Assembly: GCF_009914755.1 (NCBI RefSeq)
Contig: NC_060927.1
DNA length: 64,000 nucleotides
Direction: 5' to 3' (one strand)
Source: the human T2T-CHM13v2.0 reference genome, Homo sapiens
In this document: positions 1 to 12,893 of the stretch, in pieces
Layout: each line of letters starts with the position of its first letter
How positions within the stretch are numbered: the stretch's first letter is position 1
Translations under genes and position numbers: made by a program
Notes under the pieces: generated by a model
Seen by the model: the letters and a program-made list of their open reading frames with translations, nothing else
The model's database searches: none
What the model was told of the DNA's origin: nothing

Positions 1-723
1 GGACTAGATCACATCTGTGTTGCTTTAGGTGCTTAGAAGAGGTATTCAAGTCAGAATCTATGCCTAATTGTTGCCTCTCAGATAATTATTTATGTGTTTC
101 TTCCTTCCTACATGGAAGCATGGTCATGAGTATATTTGTGCCTTGCACCTTCCTACTTGTGTTCCCTTGGGCTTGAACATGGTGATAGCTATATCACAGG
201 CACACAGGCATGCATGCCTATGCATGTATGTGCACATGAGTGTAAGCACATGTGAAGGCACTGGACAGACAGGGCTCGGAGGATGATTTGCCTTTGTCTT
301 CTGGGGCATGAAGAAGCTATTCCTGTGGGAACGAGTGCTGGAATTGGAGTCAAGAGAGTCAAGAAAAGAACATACACTTGGTTGTTGAAGAGCTGGCCCT
401 CTTGCCATTAAATAGAAGAGAAACTAAACAAAAAGTCTGAGGGGATCTCTCTGTGATGAGAGAATCAGAGATGGGTGATGGGATAAAGCAGTGATGCTGA
501 TTTTTGTACTGGGCCACATGGAAGCTCAGGGTAAGTAAGATCTCCAGCTAACTCCTGTAGCTCCCTAGACTCTGTGTTCATCATTCCAATTGGAGATGAA
601 CTTCCTCATCATCAAAGTCTCCTTCATATCGTCAGGGACTACATCAGGGTTTCTTGGACAGTCTTGCTGGGTGATTGATGTCTGCTAACCCTTCCAGAAT
701 TCCTTTAGTAACAGAGAAAGAGA

Positions 724-1049
724 TGGTGGCAGAGATGGGTAACTCTCTCTTCTCCCCTTCTGTGGTAAATGTTGAGATGGGAAGAGGTTGCCCAACCAGG
801 GACTGAATTTCCCACTGCCACTCTGCTACTCTTGCACTGACTTGGTGTGGTCATGTGACTTATTCTTATCAATAGAATATGACAGGAAGTGATGTGTGCC
901 ACTTCTGTCCCTGAATGACTTTGTGGAAGGGAGCCACCTACAGACTTAAACACCCTTCTAGGTATGTGAGAAACAAACTTTTATCACGTCAGATCGTTAC
1001 GTATTTGGGTCTGTTTGTCACAGCAGCTTGGTCCACACTGAATAATACA
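724..1049 (+). mobile_element. Old MaLR solo LTR (MLT1J/I-like)
   Basis: Contains 'catgtgacttattcttatcaatagaatatgacaggaagtgatgtgtgccacttc' and ends '...gtcacagcagc...taataca', typical of MLT1 LTRs. Confidence 0.7.
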
Positions 1050-1054
1050 GATGG

Positions 1055-1240
1055 TGTATTAGTCTGGTCTGGCAGCTGTAATGAAATATCATAGACCAGA
1101 TGGCTTAAATAACAAATTTATTTCTCATAGTTCTGGAGGCGGGAAGTTCAAGATCAAGGTATGGGTAAGGAAGATTTCATTTTGAAGCCTCTTCTTTTGG
1201 CTTGCAGGTGGATACTATTTTGCTGTATGCTCACATGATC
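1055..1240 (-). mobile_element. MaLR LTR fragment (MLT1A/MSTD-like)
   Basis: tgtattagt...ggcttaaataacaaatttatttctcatagttctggaggcgggaagttcaagatcaagg matches the reverse of an MLT1/MST LTR 3' end. Confidence 0.75.
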
Positions 1241-1242
1241 TC

Positions 1243-1289
1243 TGTATGTGTGTGTGTGAGGAGAGAGGGAGAGAGAAAGAGAGAGAGAG
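1243..1289. repeat. Compound (TG)n(GA)n microsatellite
   Basis: tgtatgtgtgtgtgtgaggagagagggagagagaaagagagagagag read directly. Confidence 0.85.
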
Positions 1290-1341
1290 CATACTAAAAT
1301 ATTCTGCATTTTAGATTCTTTAACAATAAATCTTGGACACC

Positions 1342-1722
1342 TGTATTAGTTCGTTCTCACTCTGCTAATAAAGACATACCTGAGACCAGGTAATTTATAA
1401 AGGAAAGAGGTTTAATGAACTGACAGTTCTACATGGCTGAGGAGGCCTCACAATCATGGTGGAAGGCAAATGAAAAGCTAAGGCAAAGGAGAAGCAAAGG
1501 CATGTCTTACGTGGTGGCAGGCAAAGAGAGCATGCGCAGGGGAACTGCCCTTTATAAAACCATCAGATCTCATAAGACTTCTTCATTATCACAAGAACAG
1601 CATGGGAAATACCTGCCCCCACGATTCAATTGCCTTCCATAGGGTCCCTCCATGACACATGGGAATTATGAATGCTACAATTCAAGATGAGATTTGGGTG
1701 GGGATGCAGTCAAACCATATCA
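1342..1722 (-). mobile_element. THE1 (THE1C/D-like) solo LTR with 5-bp TSD, inside an old L1ME fragment
   Basis: Termini tgtattag...gagatttgggtggggatgcagtcaaaccatatca; perfect TSD ACACC at 1337-1341 and 1723-1727. Confidence 0.92.
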
Positions 1723-1727
1723 ACACC

Positions 1728-1975
1728 AGTCCATATCAGTACGTAGAGAGCTTCTTCTTTTTCACAGCTATGTAGTGTTTCATTAAATAGCTACCATAAT
1801 TAATTTAAGCAGTCCCTCCTTGATGAATATTTGAATTGACTCTACTCTTTTGTTGTCACAGACAGTGTAGTAAAGAATAATCTTTTCGTGAGTGTAGAAA
1901 TATCAATAGGACACAATTCTAGAAGTGGGATTATTGGGTCAAAGGACAAATGCATTTACAATTTTCATGAACATT
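1728..1975 (-). mobile_element. L1ME-type 3' fragment
   Basis: 'ctagaagtgggattattgggtcaaagg...catttacaatttt' resembles antisense old L1M sequence. Confidence 0.6.
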
Positions 1976-2349
1976 TGCTTCTCCCTTTTGAATCTAGTTT
2001 CTGGGAGGGTCCAAGGCTCAGCACTTGGTATTTCGTTCTTGTAGAGGCTCCTACTACCAGTGGAAGTACTCAACAGAGCTCAGAGAGTTTCCACACTCTC
2101 TAAGTGTGTCAGTATCTGAGTGGTGCAGTATCTTGCAACACTCCAGGGTAGATGCTGCAGTCCTTTCAGATTCTTTGTGTCTCTGCCCACCAGAGATTGT
2201 GTGTCTGTGCTCTGTTCTCTTGTAACATGGTGCCCACTAGAGCTGTGAGATCTGAGCTGTAGTTTCCGTCTGTCATATGGGGAATAGCAGCTCTCTGGCC
2301 CCCACGGGTTGGTGGCAACACTGAAGTGAAGCAATGCATATGGCAGAGC

Positions 2350-2595
2350 TGCAGAAGCTGTGTGTGTCAAAGGCAGGGCTCTGCACTCAGAACATTTGGG
2401 TTTCATTCCCCACTCCATCTTTTCTTAACTCTGAGCATGGGCAGGTGTTTAATCTCTTGAGAAGATCTTAATTTCTTTAGCTGTAAAACGGGAAAGACAA
2501 TAACAGAGTTCTTTTGAGAACTGTAGAAAATAATGTAAGTAAAACACTTAGCACAATGAATGACACAAAGTAAGAGCTCAAAATATATGTCAGTA
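2350..2595 (+). mobile_element. MIR SINE
   Basis: MIR core 'ctgtaaaacgggaaagacaataac...aaacacttagcacaatg...gtaagagctca'. Confidence 0.75.
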
Positions 2596-4546
2596 TTAAA
2601 TGCTCTTTGATGAGTCAGCAAGCATGATATGCTTCTCTGATTGGCATTGCATCTGCCCATATAACTCTTTTCATGCTCTTCATGCTTCAAACTTTGGTTG
2701 AATGATGTATATAGGACACCAGCAAGTTCCTAGCTTCTGTCATATTTAGTCCACTGATCAACTCTCCTTGATGACAAACTGACCTAGCATAGTAATGGCA
2801 TATCTCAAGTAGAGGCTTTTGGCCCAAGAGTCATCAGCTCAAACATTAAATAAAGTCATAGCCTAAAAGGATGATAAACTCATGAAAAAAATATCCCCTA
2901 CCTCTTTTAAGCTGTTTTTCAATTTGGCCAAACCAAGTGACATTTATACTGTGTCAGTGCAGCACAGAAAGAAATTGAGAGCAAAACAATTTCTAGCAGA
3001 TCTGGGTGATTTAGATAGATAAGCCTCATAGATTGGTGTCCACAATGGATGACCTGGCTGTAGTTATGGTTCTGAGGGCCATGTCATTTTTGCAGCGTAG
3101 ATACAAACTTGATTGAGGATCCTCTTTTTAGCCTTAGAATTTACTGGTGTTCTTGATGTATATTAGGCGTTCAGAAAACATTTATGGAATGAATAAATGA
3201 ATGAGCCAATGAAGAGAGACTCCATTAGTGAATAAGACATAGAAAAAAGGAGTAAATTCATGTTTTGCAGAGGACCAGTTTTTGTTCTGCTGTGGGTTTT
3301 ACTTCTCTCTGTGGGCCATCATTTTCTCTGACCCAATGTTGGTTTTATTCAATAATCATGATTTATTGGGTGCTTCCTGTGTGAAGACCTCATGCTAGAA
3401 GTCTGGTGGGCATATAAGGGTCACCAATAATCTATGTGGTTTATTCCATTTTAAATTAGTAAATGTATTCTCCTGGCAGGGATTGAGATATCATAATAAG
3501 CTGTCTGACCCTGTAACAATCGTGCTCCAGAATGATAACTGACTTTTAAAAATGCAGCTTTGAATGTTCTCTGCCTGTGAAGGTCCAGGTATGAAAATCA
3601 TTACCAAATAGGAATTAGGGCGAAACACAAGGAGACTGACCCATAATCCAGGCCTAAATCTAAGGTCAGACATTCCCCTACTGCCAGATATCCTGCATTG
3701 CTAGTGAGGAGGGAGAAAGAAGAAGGCCAATGAACAAGCCATTTCTGGTGCTTCAAGGATTTCACAAGTTCCAGTGGCCTCTGCCTGTCCCTTAGCCCCA
3801 GCCCTACTTCCTGCTTTTCTCTTGCCAATAGTTAAATGCAGCCCAGGTCCATCCTTTTAAAGGCAGAGACACATTCACCTTTTGAGGGAAGACATAAGTG
3901 TATTCTCAGCTGCCAACTGACTTCTGACCTTGGTCATTTAGAAGGGCTTGATAAACTGTATCTGAGCCCACATCTTACAACATAACCTTCTTATAAATGT
4001 GGCCTGATGTGAGCATCCTGCCTTTGTATTCATAACTATTATGTTTTCTGTTTAAATGATACCTGTAAGGATATATTTCTTTTTATTTTTATTGTTTATT
4101 TGTTTATTCTTACTGGCCTGTGCCAAAGACCATGCCAAATCAAATTTTCTGATTTGTAAAAACTGTGATTCAGGTTAGGATGACTGCTTAAAGACAACCC
4201 CACCCCACTGCCTTCAGCAGTGGGCAAATTTCCCTAATACAGAACAATTGTAGGGCTGCAGAGAATGTCTCCCACCAACACCTATGTGCATATGTCCCAG
4301 GTGCAAAGGGAAGTACGTAGTTATGTTTCATTGAGAATAGGCTGTGCTAGCCATTGTGCGATGTGCCCAATATGTATTAGCTTAATTCTAACTAAGCTTA
4401 GTTCTAACAAAATCTTTCAAAAAGGGGCCATTTTCTCATTTTATAAATAAATAAATCAAAGCTCAGAAACACTGACTCATAATAGACCATGCAGCTGGTA
4501 AGCTATGAGGAAGTGTTGATTCCTTCAAGGGGTGTATATCATCCAA

Positions 4547-4852
4547 GGCAGAAACTGCAAACTGTGGGCCATATTTGGCTTTACTTGGCACACATAGTGT
4601 TTAAAAACCACCAAAGTTAATTTACTACATTTAAGAGCCAGGAAATTTTACATGAAAATCTAGGCTTTGGACTTCTCTTAAAGAATATCTGGCCACAGCA
4701 GACCTGCACACATGTAGGGTAAAAATTGGCTGAAAAATGGTTGCTTTCTCAGGTGGAAGGAGCCCTTCCTAGATCACTGAGGCACCCATTTGGCTGGATT
4801 TGTTCATTTTTATCCCTTGACTGGTCCCTTGGCCATTGGAACTTGATAGCTG
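4547..4852 (+). mobile_element. hAT-Charlie DNA transposon (MER102-like)
   Basis: 'tgtgggcc...ttggcacacatagtgtttaaaa...tttacatgaaaatctaggctttggacttctctt' follows the MER102 consensus order. Confidence 0.65.
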
Positions 4853-6419
4853 TCATCTAGATTTCTCTATGAATAATGGTAAGGTATGTGGTATGGAGTA
4901 GGGGTAGTGCTTTAAAGGATGAAGAAGTAGGTAGGGCTGTAAAGGATGAAGAGTGATGAAGCAGGAGACATTTTCTAGAATATTCTGGAGCCAGGTCAGC
5001 CATTTCAAGCCGAGTTAGCCATTCGGAGTTTGGATTGCTTGGGGTCAAATGAAAGGGCTGCACTAGTTGATTTCTGATTTTCCATCTAGTTCTGAGTTTC
5101 TCTTTAGATCTTGTCTCTCCTGGAAAACTATATGCATTTCTTACTGCGAGTGGGTTTGTCATAATTGCTATCAGAAAGGGACTTCATTACCCAGGTTACT
5201 ATTGAACAGCAATTTTGTATTGGTCAGCACTGCTAAATTTACAACTCCAGGGTTCCATTTCCATGGTATTCTACATGAAAGGTGCCTCCTGGGGTTTTGC
5301 AACATGGCAGCCATGTGGTGGTATGTTCCATGGTTCTAGATGGATACTGCAGTAAGATAATCTTTCCTCAGGGGCTTCATGTCTAGGACAATGATGTACA
5401 CTTGTAAAGGACCTATGGACAACTAAAGAAATGTGTCAAACTGTCCATAGAATGCTAGACTAGAACACATGAAAAAGTATTGAAAGCAGGGACCGGTGTT
5501 TCAAATTTGGGCAGGATGAGATTGAAAGCTGTCATGCTGCTCCTCACTCTCAAAAGGTGTCATGAAAAAGGCATATGTTTATGAGCTAACTCACGGTGGG
5601 GAAGCTGGCCAGTTGGGCCGGGGTCAGGAATAGGAATGAAGGGAAAGAGGAATAGCAATATTTTTAGGGAAAACAAATTTGCCTAAGAATTTTTCCTTCC
5701 ATTAAAAAAAAATTCAGATGGAGCATTTCTTTGGGCATGAAGACAATTATTCAACATCAACAAAAAAGGGTTGCTGCTTTGTTTTTATTGCCCTCAAATG
5801 ATTTAAAAAATCTACATACTAGGAAAAATTGCATGTACAATTTATATGTATTTTCTGCTAATCACACATCCCTTTTCCGCTAGCTCAGGTAAAAATCAAG
5901 TTTTTTTTGTTTTGTTTTGTTTTTAATCCAAGTATATTTCCAATTTCAAGTGCAAAAGAGAGCCAAGTCAAGGACTTTATGAAGAAACCAGAAGTAAGAA
6001 TTTGCTCTCAGCTAATCCATTCAGTTTCTCAGAGCCTTGTTGGCTCATTGGATCACATTAGAAAATGGGCAGTCTACTTAGGATTTGCTGTGAAATTTCT
6101 AGGTGCTTAGACCCAGGGCCACTTGAGCTTCTAGTAAACTGATGGACCTTAGAATTCTGCCAGACATGTTTTTCCTGCGACACAACAGCAATAATTTTAT
6201 ACCACATACTCTCTAACTTCCTCCTTTCTCACAGACTCCTAATTCTGTCATCTTCTGCATGCTATAAAAGAATCAGCTCATCTTTTGATCCACATACATA
6301 AGGGTACAATTGTGGAGAAATACAATGAATCCTGAAGAAAACATGAGTTTTGTAGTTATCAGTTCCCCATCCCATTCCCTCAGAATTTATTAATATTTTT
6401 AAAGACAAAGACTGCTACT

Positions 6420-6778
6420 GTGACATTTGTGAATCGCCTTGAGAGCTTTTTATCTGTCTCTGAGCACACAGCCTGCATACAAGGCAAGCCAGAAAACAGA
6501 TGTTCTGGAAGCAACTCTCAACCAATCACTGAAAGGAGGGCCTCGGATTTTTCACTCCTTAATAAGTCTGCAGTATGTTGTCCTACACCGGCTCCCAGAA
6601 TTCCCCACTAATCACACCCCGGCTGCCCCAGCAGCACCTTGACGACACTATTAGCCGCCTGTCCTTCCCTGTCTCACTTCCCCACTCTAATGGTATTTCC
6701 CAGATCACCTCCCAAATCAACTACTTGCACTCAATCCTTGTCTTAAGATCTGCCTTTAGGAAAGTCCAAACTAAGATG
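6420..6778 (+). mobile_element. LTR16-family (ERVL) solo LTR
   Basis: 3' end 'gatcacctcccaaatcaactacttgcactcaatccttgtcttaagatctgcctttaggaaagtccaaactaaga' is typical of LTR16. Confidence 0.7.
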
Positions 6779-8589
6779 TCTATCGAAAGGAGAAAAAGGA
6801 AGCTCCACAAGAAGCAGGAATTGATGATTCTGATAGCTATGAAAATGACTGATTAGACAAAGTTAAAAGGGGCAAAGGCTGAATCCGGTGAGTCTGGGAC
6901 TCTTTGTAAGTCCTTCCCCACGCACCCCCCAACAACCACTTTGCTGAAAAAGAGGGCTTCTATGTTTATTAGATATTTATAAAGAAGGTTATAATAATAT
7001 TTTTGACATGTGGATATATGACACCTAACAGAGTTCCCAGCACATAGTAGGTACACAGAGTACTTGCTGAATTCAAGAGTACAGAGCCCCAAGTCAGATT
7101 TGTTTTTTCTATTACATCCCCTCAGTCATTTAAACACATGAATTATTATTACATCCATTCTCCACTTCCACCCTTCATCTTGAACTGTCTGGCTGATTTT
7201 TTTTTTCCCTCTCCAAATGTGGGTCTTTGTATTCACTTGTATTGACCCTTTTCTTGTTAGATTTACCCAAATTTCTAGTTACTGAGGTTCTTTTGGCTAC
7301 TGTTACTGTCATCTCATTCTTGCATTCTGCTCACTTCACATTCCCCATATTTTCCCTCAGGACACCATCTCAGTCCTCACCTAAGGCATTGGTATAGCTC
7401 TTAACTAGGCAGGAGCAATGTTAAGAACCAGGACAGAAAATCATGTGAACTATGCCACTACTTCCTTTTATCTTAGGGGTGTTAGATAGCCAAGGAACAG
7501 AAAACTGCTCAAACTATCTTAAGCGCAGGAGGGCTGATTTTAAGCACTCTGGGAAACTTCTTGCACTTTGATTTTTCTCTACCATCTGGGTCCTTGTTGT
7601 TTCTTTGCTTTGGCAATAGCTGCATTTGCCTCCCCCTGCAGACTTGTAAATCTGCTCATTCACTGAGGCTCACAATGAGCCATTGTGGGTGCCCTCATGG
7701 AGTTCCCTCACACTCCAGGACCACCTGGCCTTCCAGCTCAGCCCTCCACATTCACATACTCTTGGGATTGGCCCAGTTTGATACAAATGTCCACATCTAT
7801 TCCAACTATCTGTGGCTAAAGGCAATATCATATTGTATATTGAGCTGCCCCTTCAAGAATGTGAGTGGGACAATTTCTCCATGTTGGCATATAGAAGAGA
7901 AGAAAACAATTGTGCATATCTAGAGTCCTCCAAGGCCAAAAATACCTCTGTGGTTAAGAGAGCTTTCATAGGGTAGATTTTGGAGACAGCATCATTTCAA
8001 GGCCTCATGACTTCTGGGTAGGCCTGCTATGTGGTTCCTACAGAAGACACAGCCTTGTCCATCCAGATGTCTGTTGGAAGCTTACTTTCACTGGGAAGGC
8101 TTTTATTTATTCATTACTAGGAAAACCCAACAATTTCCTATGGTCCATTCTGATTTTAATTAGAATATTAATCAGCTGTACTCAGCACAACTTTGGCTAA
8201 AAATCCACAATGCAATATACTAAAATTCCCAGGAACAGAGCCAATTTAATTTGTATTAGATATTTTGCCCCAGGATAGCATTAGGGACTTATTATTGCAT
8301 GTCTTATGTAGCTATTATTATTATAAATGTGCATATTGTGCAAATTAAAATCACATTTCATTCAGGGCAAACCTCTCTGTTTGTTTGAGTCCCAGTGACT
8401 GCTTCCCTGTTCTTAAAGGAATTAAGTGCTTGCAACACCTCTCATGGTAGATCTCGCAGGGAACTCCTCGGACACTGTGCCACTTATCACTTCATGAAGG
8501 ATGTAGTTTAACCACTGATGCAGTGGCTGTACTCAGGGCATAGAAGAGTAGCAGATAATGACCCTCACTGTATCTTTGTTCAAAAAGCT

Positions 8590-9720
8590 TTCAGCACCCA
8601 GAATAATATATGATAAATATTATGATGGGGAGGTGCAGAATGCTAAGATACATTTGGTGGGGTCCCTAGCCTTGTCTAGATGTCAGAAAAGGCCTCCTGA
8701 AAGACGGGATATGTGAGCCAAGACCTGATGACTGAGTAGGAGTTAAACAAGGGAAGAGAGTGTGGTGTATGGGAGGAATGAATAAAAGTTTAGTATGGCT
8801 GCACTATAGAGGGTGGGGTGGGGATGGGCAAAATCAGGACTGGAGCTCTGGGGTAGTGTCTGTAATGGAGAAGTTGAAGGCATGGTAAGGAATTTGAATT
8901 CTACCATGAGGAAAGGAAACCAGTGAAGCTTTTAGTAGAGGAGTGAGATATGAGATTTGCATTTTAGTAGGATCCTGCTGTCTAAGATGCGGAGCATGAG
9001 TTGAAAGGAATTAACAATAGAAGCAGAGATGGTAGTTAGGAAATCGTTTTCATGATGCAAGCAGGAGCAGATGATGGCCCGGACTATGAAAGTGGCCATA
9101 GAAATGGAGAGAAGTGGATGGATAGAGAGATGTTTAGGAGGTGGAACTAATAGGTGGTGATGATTGGTTAGCTGTGAGGTGGAGAGATAGAAGGGAGAAT
9201 TCCACGTTTTTTTGAAACATTTTGGTGGATGATGGTGCCCTTTACTGAGATGAGAAATGTTGGAAGAGAGAAGCATTGTGGCGGGAGGAAAGGTGGTAAG
9301 TTCAAAATTGGACATGCTGAGTTTGAAGGTCTGGAACACAGGCAGATGACACTGTCTTGGAGGTGGTTACATATATGGGTCTGTCCCTCAGAAAGAGACC
9401 TGGCTGAGAATAAAGAATGAGGAGTCTCAACACAAGGAAGGTCTTTGAAGTCATGAATTTCACTGGAGTATCCCAGAGCATGTCACATGAAAAGAGAAGT
9501 CCCAAGATAGAGCTCTGAGCAAGAAACATCCTAAGGGTGGAGGAAAAGGAGCATGTGAAGTAGACTAAGGAGGAGTGACAAGAGTGGCCCTGGAGGGAAA
9601 GCAGGAAGCACTGGTGCCACCTAAGCTCAGGAAAATGTCTAATGGAACTGCAGGCATAGTCAACAGTCTCAAATGCTATTGAGGACACAAACAAGATGGT
9701 TCCCAGAGGAACTGAACTCA
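8590..9720 (-). mobile_element. L2 LINE fragment
   Basis: Purine-rich antisense L2 motifs: 'agatttgcattttagtaggatcctgctg', 'gatggtgccctttactgagatgag', 'ttggacatgctgagtttgaagg'. Confidence 0.85.
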
Positions 9721-10015
9721 ATTCCCTATGTCTATCTATGACCCCAGTGTCCAGAGTAGCCAACAGTTTTAGCCCTGATTTGCTGTTGCATATTTACATT
9801 CTGCTTATCTTTTTTTTAAAGCTTAAGTATATCTTCATAATTTAAAGAATTTTATGCAGCATCAATAGGTGTTCAGTGTAGTGGGTAGGTTTCCTCTTGA
9901 ACTCTTTCTGTCATTTTGATTAGAAATCTTTATCCAGAAATATATAATCATTGCTTTTCTGAACTCACTGTTATCAACACCACATGAGTGTGTATTTATT
10001 TATATCTTCCTTTAA

Positions 10016-10820
10016 AATTGTGGTTTTAAAATGTGATTTCTGGACTAAATCATCAGTGTCACCTGATGTGGTTGGCGGAATTCTAAGATGGCCCCAAGAC
10101 TGCTGACTCCCTGGTGTACATCCCGTTTAATCTCTTCTCTAATCTATTCTCTTTGAATGTGAGTGGGACTTGTGAATATGATGGCATATTACTCCCATGA
10201 TTGTATTATAAGAAGAAGGAATTTTGCAAATGTACTTAAGGTTCCTAGTCAGTTCACTTTGAGTTGATCAGAAGGGAGATTATTTAGGCTGGGCCCTTCT
10301 TGAAAGAATAGATTTAAAGCATACAAGAAATTTCTTCTGCGGGTCTCAAGATAAAGAAAATTGCCTTATTGTGAGAGGCCTTTGGAGGGCTATATAGCAA
10401 AGACATGAAGGTGACTTCTAGTCCCTGGCTAACAGACAACAAGAAAACAGGGCCCTAAATCCTATACCCTCAAGAAATTGAATTTTGTCAACAGCCACCA
10501 TGAGAGCTTGGAAGAGGACCCTAACTTCCAGAATGGAATGTAGCTCAGAGCCATCTTGACTTCAGCCCAGTGAGAACTTGAACAAAGAAACTAGCTTGGA
10601 CTTCTGACTCATAGAACTGTGAGATGACAAAGGTGCTAAATTTGTGGTGCCGTTACTCAGCAATAGCAAACTAATATACCTGGGAAGTTGTTAGAAATGC
10701 AAATTCTGGGCCCCTTCCCAGACCTACTGAACTCTGGGGGAAGGGGAGTGTCTAGAAACTGGGTTTTAACAAGCCTTCCAGATGATTCTGATTTTTATTA
10801 AAGCTCAAGAGTTACTGTTT
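10016..10820. mobile_element. MER5A DNA transposon split by an MLT1E LTR
   Basis: 'catcagtgtcacctg' resumes after the LTR as 'ggaagttgttagaaatgcaaattctgggcccc...agacctactgaa'. Confidence 0.75.
10067..10678 (+). mobile_element. MLT1E-like solo LTR
   Basis: Starts tgtggttggcggaattctaagatggcccc, ends cagcaatagcaaactaatata; decayed TSD cctga/cctgg. Confidence 0.85.
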
Positions 10821-11494
10821 CACACGGTCTTCTAAGTGCTAGATTTGGTTTCCAGGCTACAGATCTTAACTGGATGTCATGGCAATAATTAATAATATAG
10901 TATAATAATCATTTATGGATTACCTTACATATGAAGCACTTTCAAAGACATCGTATAGACTCCTGCATCCTTTAACTCTTACAAGATTGTCACAGTTCCA
11001 TTTTATGAAAAGAAAGCTGAGGCAGAGCTGGCATTGAATTCAAATTTTGGATTTGTTGAAGTGGTATTAGAATTAAATCTTGCATTGGGCAACACAGCCC
11101 TTATTAGTCATCTGTTGGATTCTGGAACATTTTATAATGTATCAGTCAAAAAATTAATTTGTGGAGTACAAAAAACTTGTGCTAGATTCGTGTGGCCCTT
11201 GGAGATCACCCAGTATTTTCTTCCTTGGGTTTATCAGACAGCAGAAGTAAGCTTCCCTCCAAGATAGACCAGGAACTGCATTCACTTTCCACTCATGCAC
11301 ACTCATTAATGATTCCCCTCCATTCTTATGAAGGGGCACCTGCCTGGTGGTAAAACCACAGTCATGTCTCCTGGGCCAGGGGTGGTGGCTGGGAGCAAGA
11401 TGGCAGTGATGAAAATCTGAGGAGCTCACTTGCTTAGAGACCGGAGTCCAGGCTGCTTTTGCCTTCAGTAACCCATCTTTAGAATGCGTGCAGT

Positions 11495-11760
11495 TTGTGT
11501 TCTCACTCATAAGTGGGAGTTGAACAATGAGAACGCATGGACACAGGAAGGGGAACATCACACACCAGGGCCTGTTGGGGGGTGGGGAGCAAAGGGGAGG
11601 GAGAGCATTAGGACAAATACCTAATGCATGTGGGACTTAAAACCTAGATGACAGGTTGATAGGTGCAGCAAACCACCATGGCACATGTATACCTATGTAA
11701 CAAACCTGCATGTTCTGCACATGTATTCCAGAACTTAAAGTAAAATAAAAATTAAAAAAA
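11495..11760 (+). mobile_element. 5'-truncated L1PA (about L1PA8-like) 3' end with polyA and 14-bp TSD
   Basis: L1PA 3'UTR tgttctcactcataagtgggagttgaacaatgag...aaacctgcatgttctgcacatg; TSD agaatgcgtgcagt (11481-11494) / agaatgcatgcagt (11761-11774). Confidence 0.93.
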
Positions 11761-12732
11761 AGAATGCATGCAGTGTGATATTTTCAGAGGTAGACGCTGT
11801 GGTGGAAGTCAGGCTGTTTTTTGATTAAAGTAAGTAAAAATAATCCCCTCTGTGCACTCTAGTAGTTTCTGGGAGGCTCAGCCTGACTGCACTTGTGATA
11901 TAGTAACCCTGACACTCATACTCATGCAGACCCACACCAGCCACCACAAAGGCTGCATGTTTTGCAGTCTGGCCATTGATTAGAGATCGCTGGACTGAGA
12001 GTTCTGCCTGGTAATGTCAGTTCATTTGTGGCAACCCCCTATTATCCCAAACATCAAAACCACTGAATGCAATGATTCTTATGAAGTGCAATTATTTTGG
12101 TAAACTAATTAAAAAGCCATAAGAAAGGAGAGAGAGAAAGGGTGAGAGAAGCTGGGATGGGGGATAGGATACAGAGATAGTGAGAAAAAATAAACTGAGC
12201 TGAGGGCCACCAAGTGACTGCCTTTGGTAGGGAGATGGTCCCACGGTTTCATAGTGTGAGTTAGAACTGATAGTTTTCACAGGAGGGGAGTTTAGCAGAA
12301 AGACGGAATTTGATTCAAAACATATCAAAGAGAACTACGGACTCTTGTCTCAGGCATTAGGACATACCACTGCCCTGAACAACGGTCCTGAGTAAACACC
12401 TACCATGTGGGATAAATATTTGAGAATACCTGTTTATGTGCATTGTTGAGCTGGCATGGAAAGTGGGGCTCCTCAAAGGCAAAAGCAGCATGAAAAAAGG
12501 AACTAAAAGGGGTTGAGCAAGCACTAAACCTGGCCTTCGCTCAGGCTTTTTCGGAAGAAACACACAGACCTTGGTGGTCATAGGAGCACAGGAACTGGTT
12601 GCCAAGGCCTGGTTCCAAGCCAGGTGGGCTGTCTTGTACAAGGCCTCACCGTAACACTGGGACATCAAAAGTCTACACCTTCAAAGTCAGGATGCATGAG
12701 AAGTGAATCTGCCATGTCCAACAACTCTCTAG

Positions 12733-12893
12733 AGATGTACTGTCCCATATAAGAGCTACTAGCCATGGGTGGCTATTGAATATTTGAAATGTGCCTGTGA
12801 TTGAGGAACTGAATATTTAATTTTACTTAGTTTAATTTAACTTTGAATACTCACATGTGGCTCCTGGGTATCCTGTTGGACAGTACAGAGCTA
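12733..12893. mobile_element. MER3/MER33-like hAT-Charlie element (complete copy)
   Basis: Decayed termini 'actgtcccata' and 'tgttggacagtacag', internal 'agccatgggtggctattgaatatttgaaatgtg'. Confidence 0.75.

Noticed and set aside
525-540. Strong donor AGG|gtaagt
   Set aside because: No convincing acceptor or promoter upstream within the window; isolated donors are common by chance
4897-4960. Short tandem duplication (gtagg...taaaggatgaaga x2)
   Set aside because: Ordinary slippage duplication of two imperfect units; not an array
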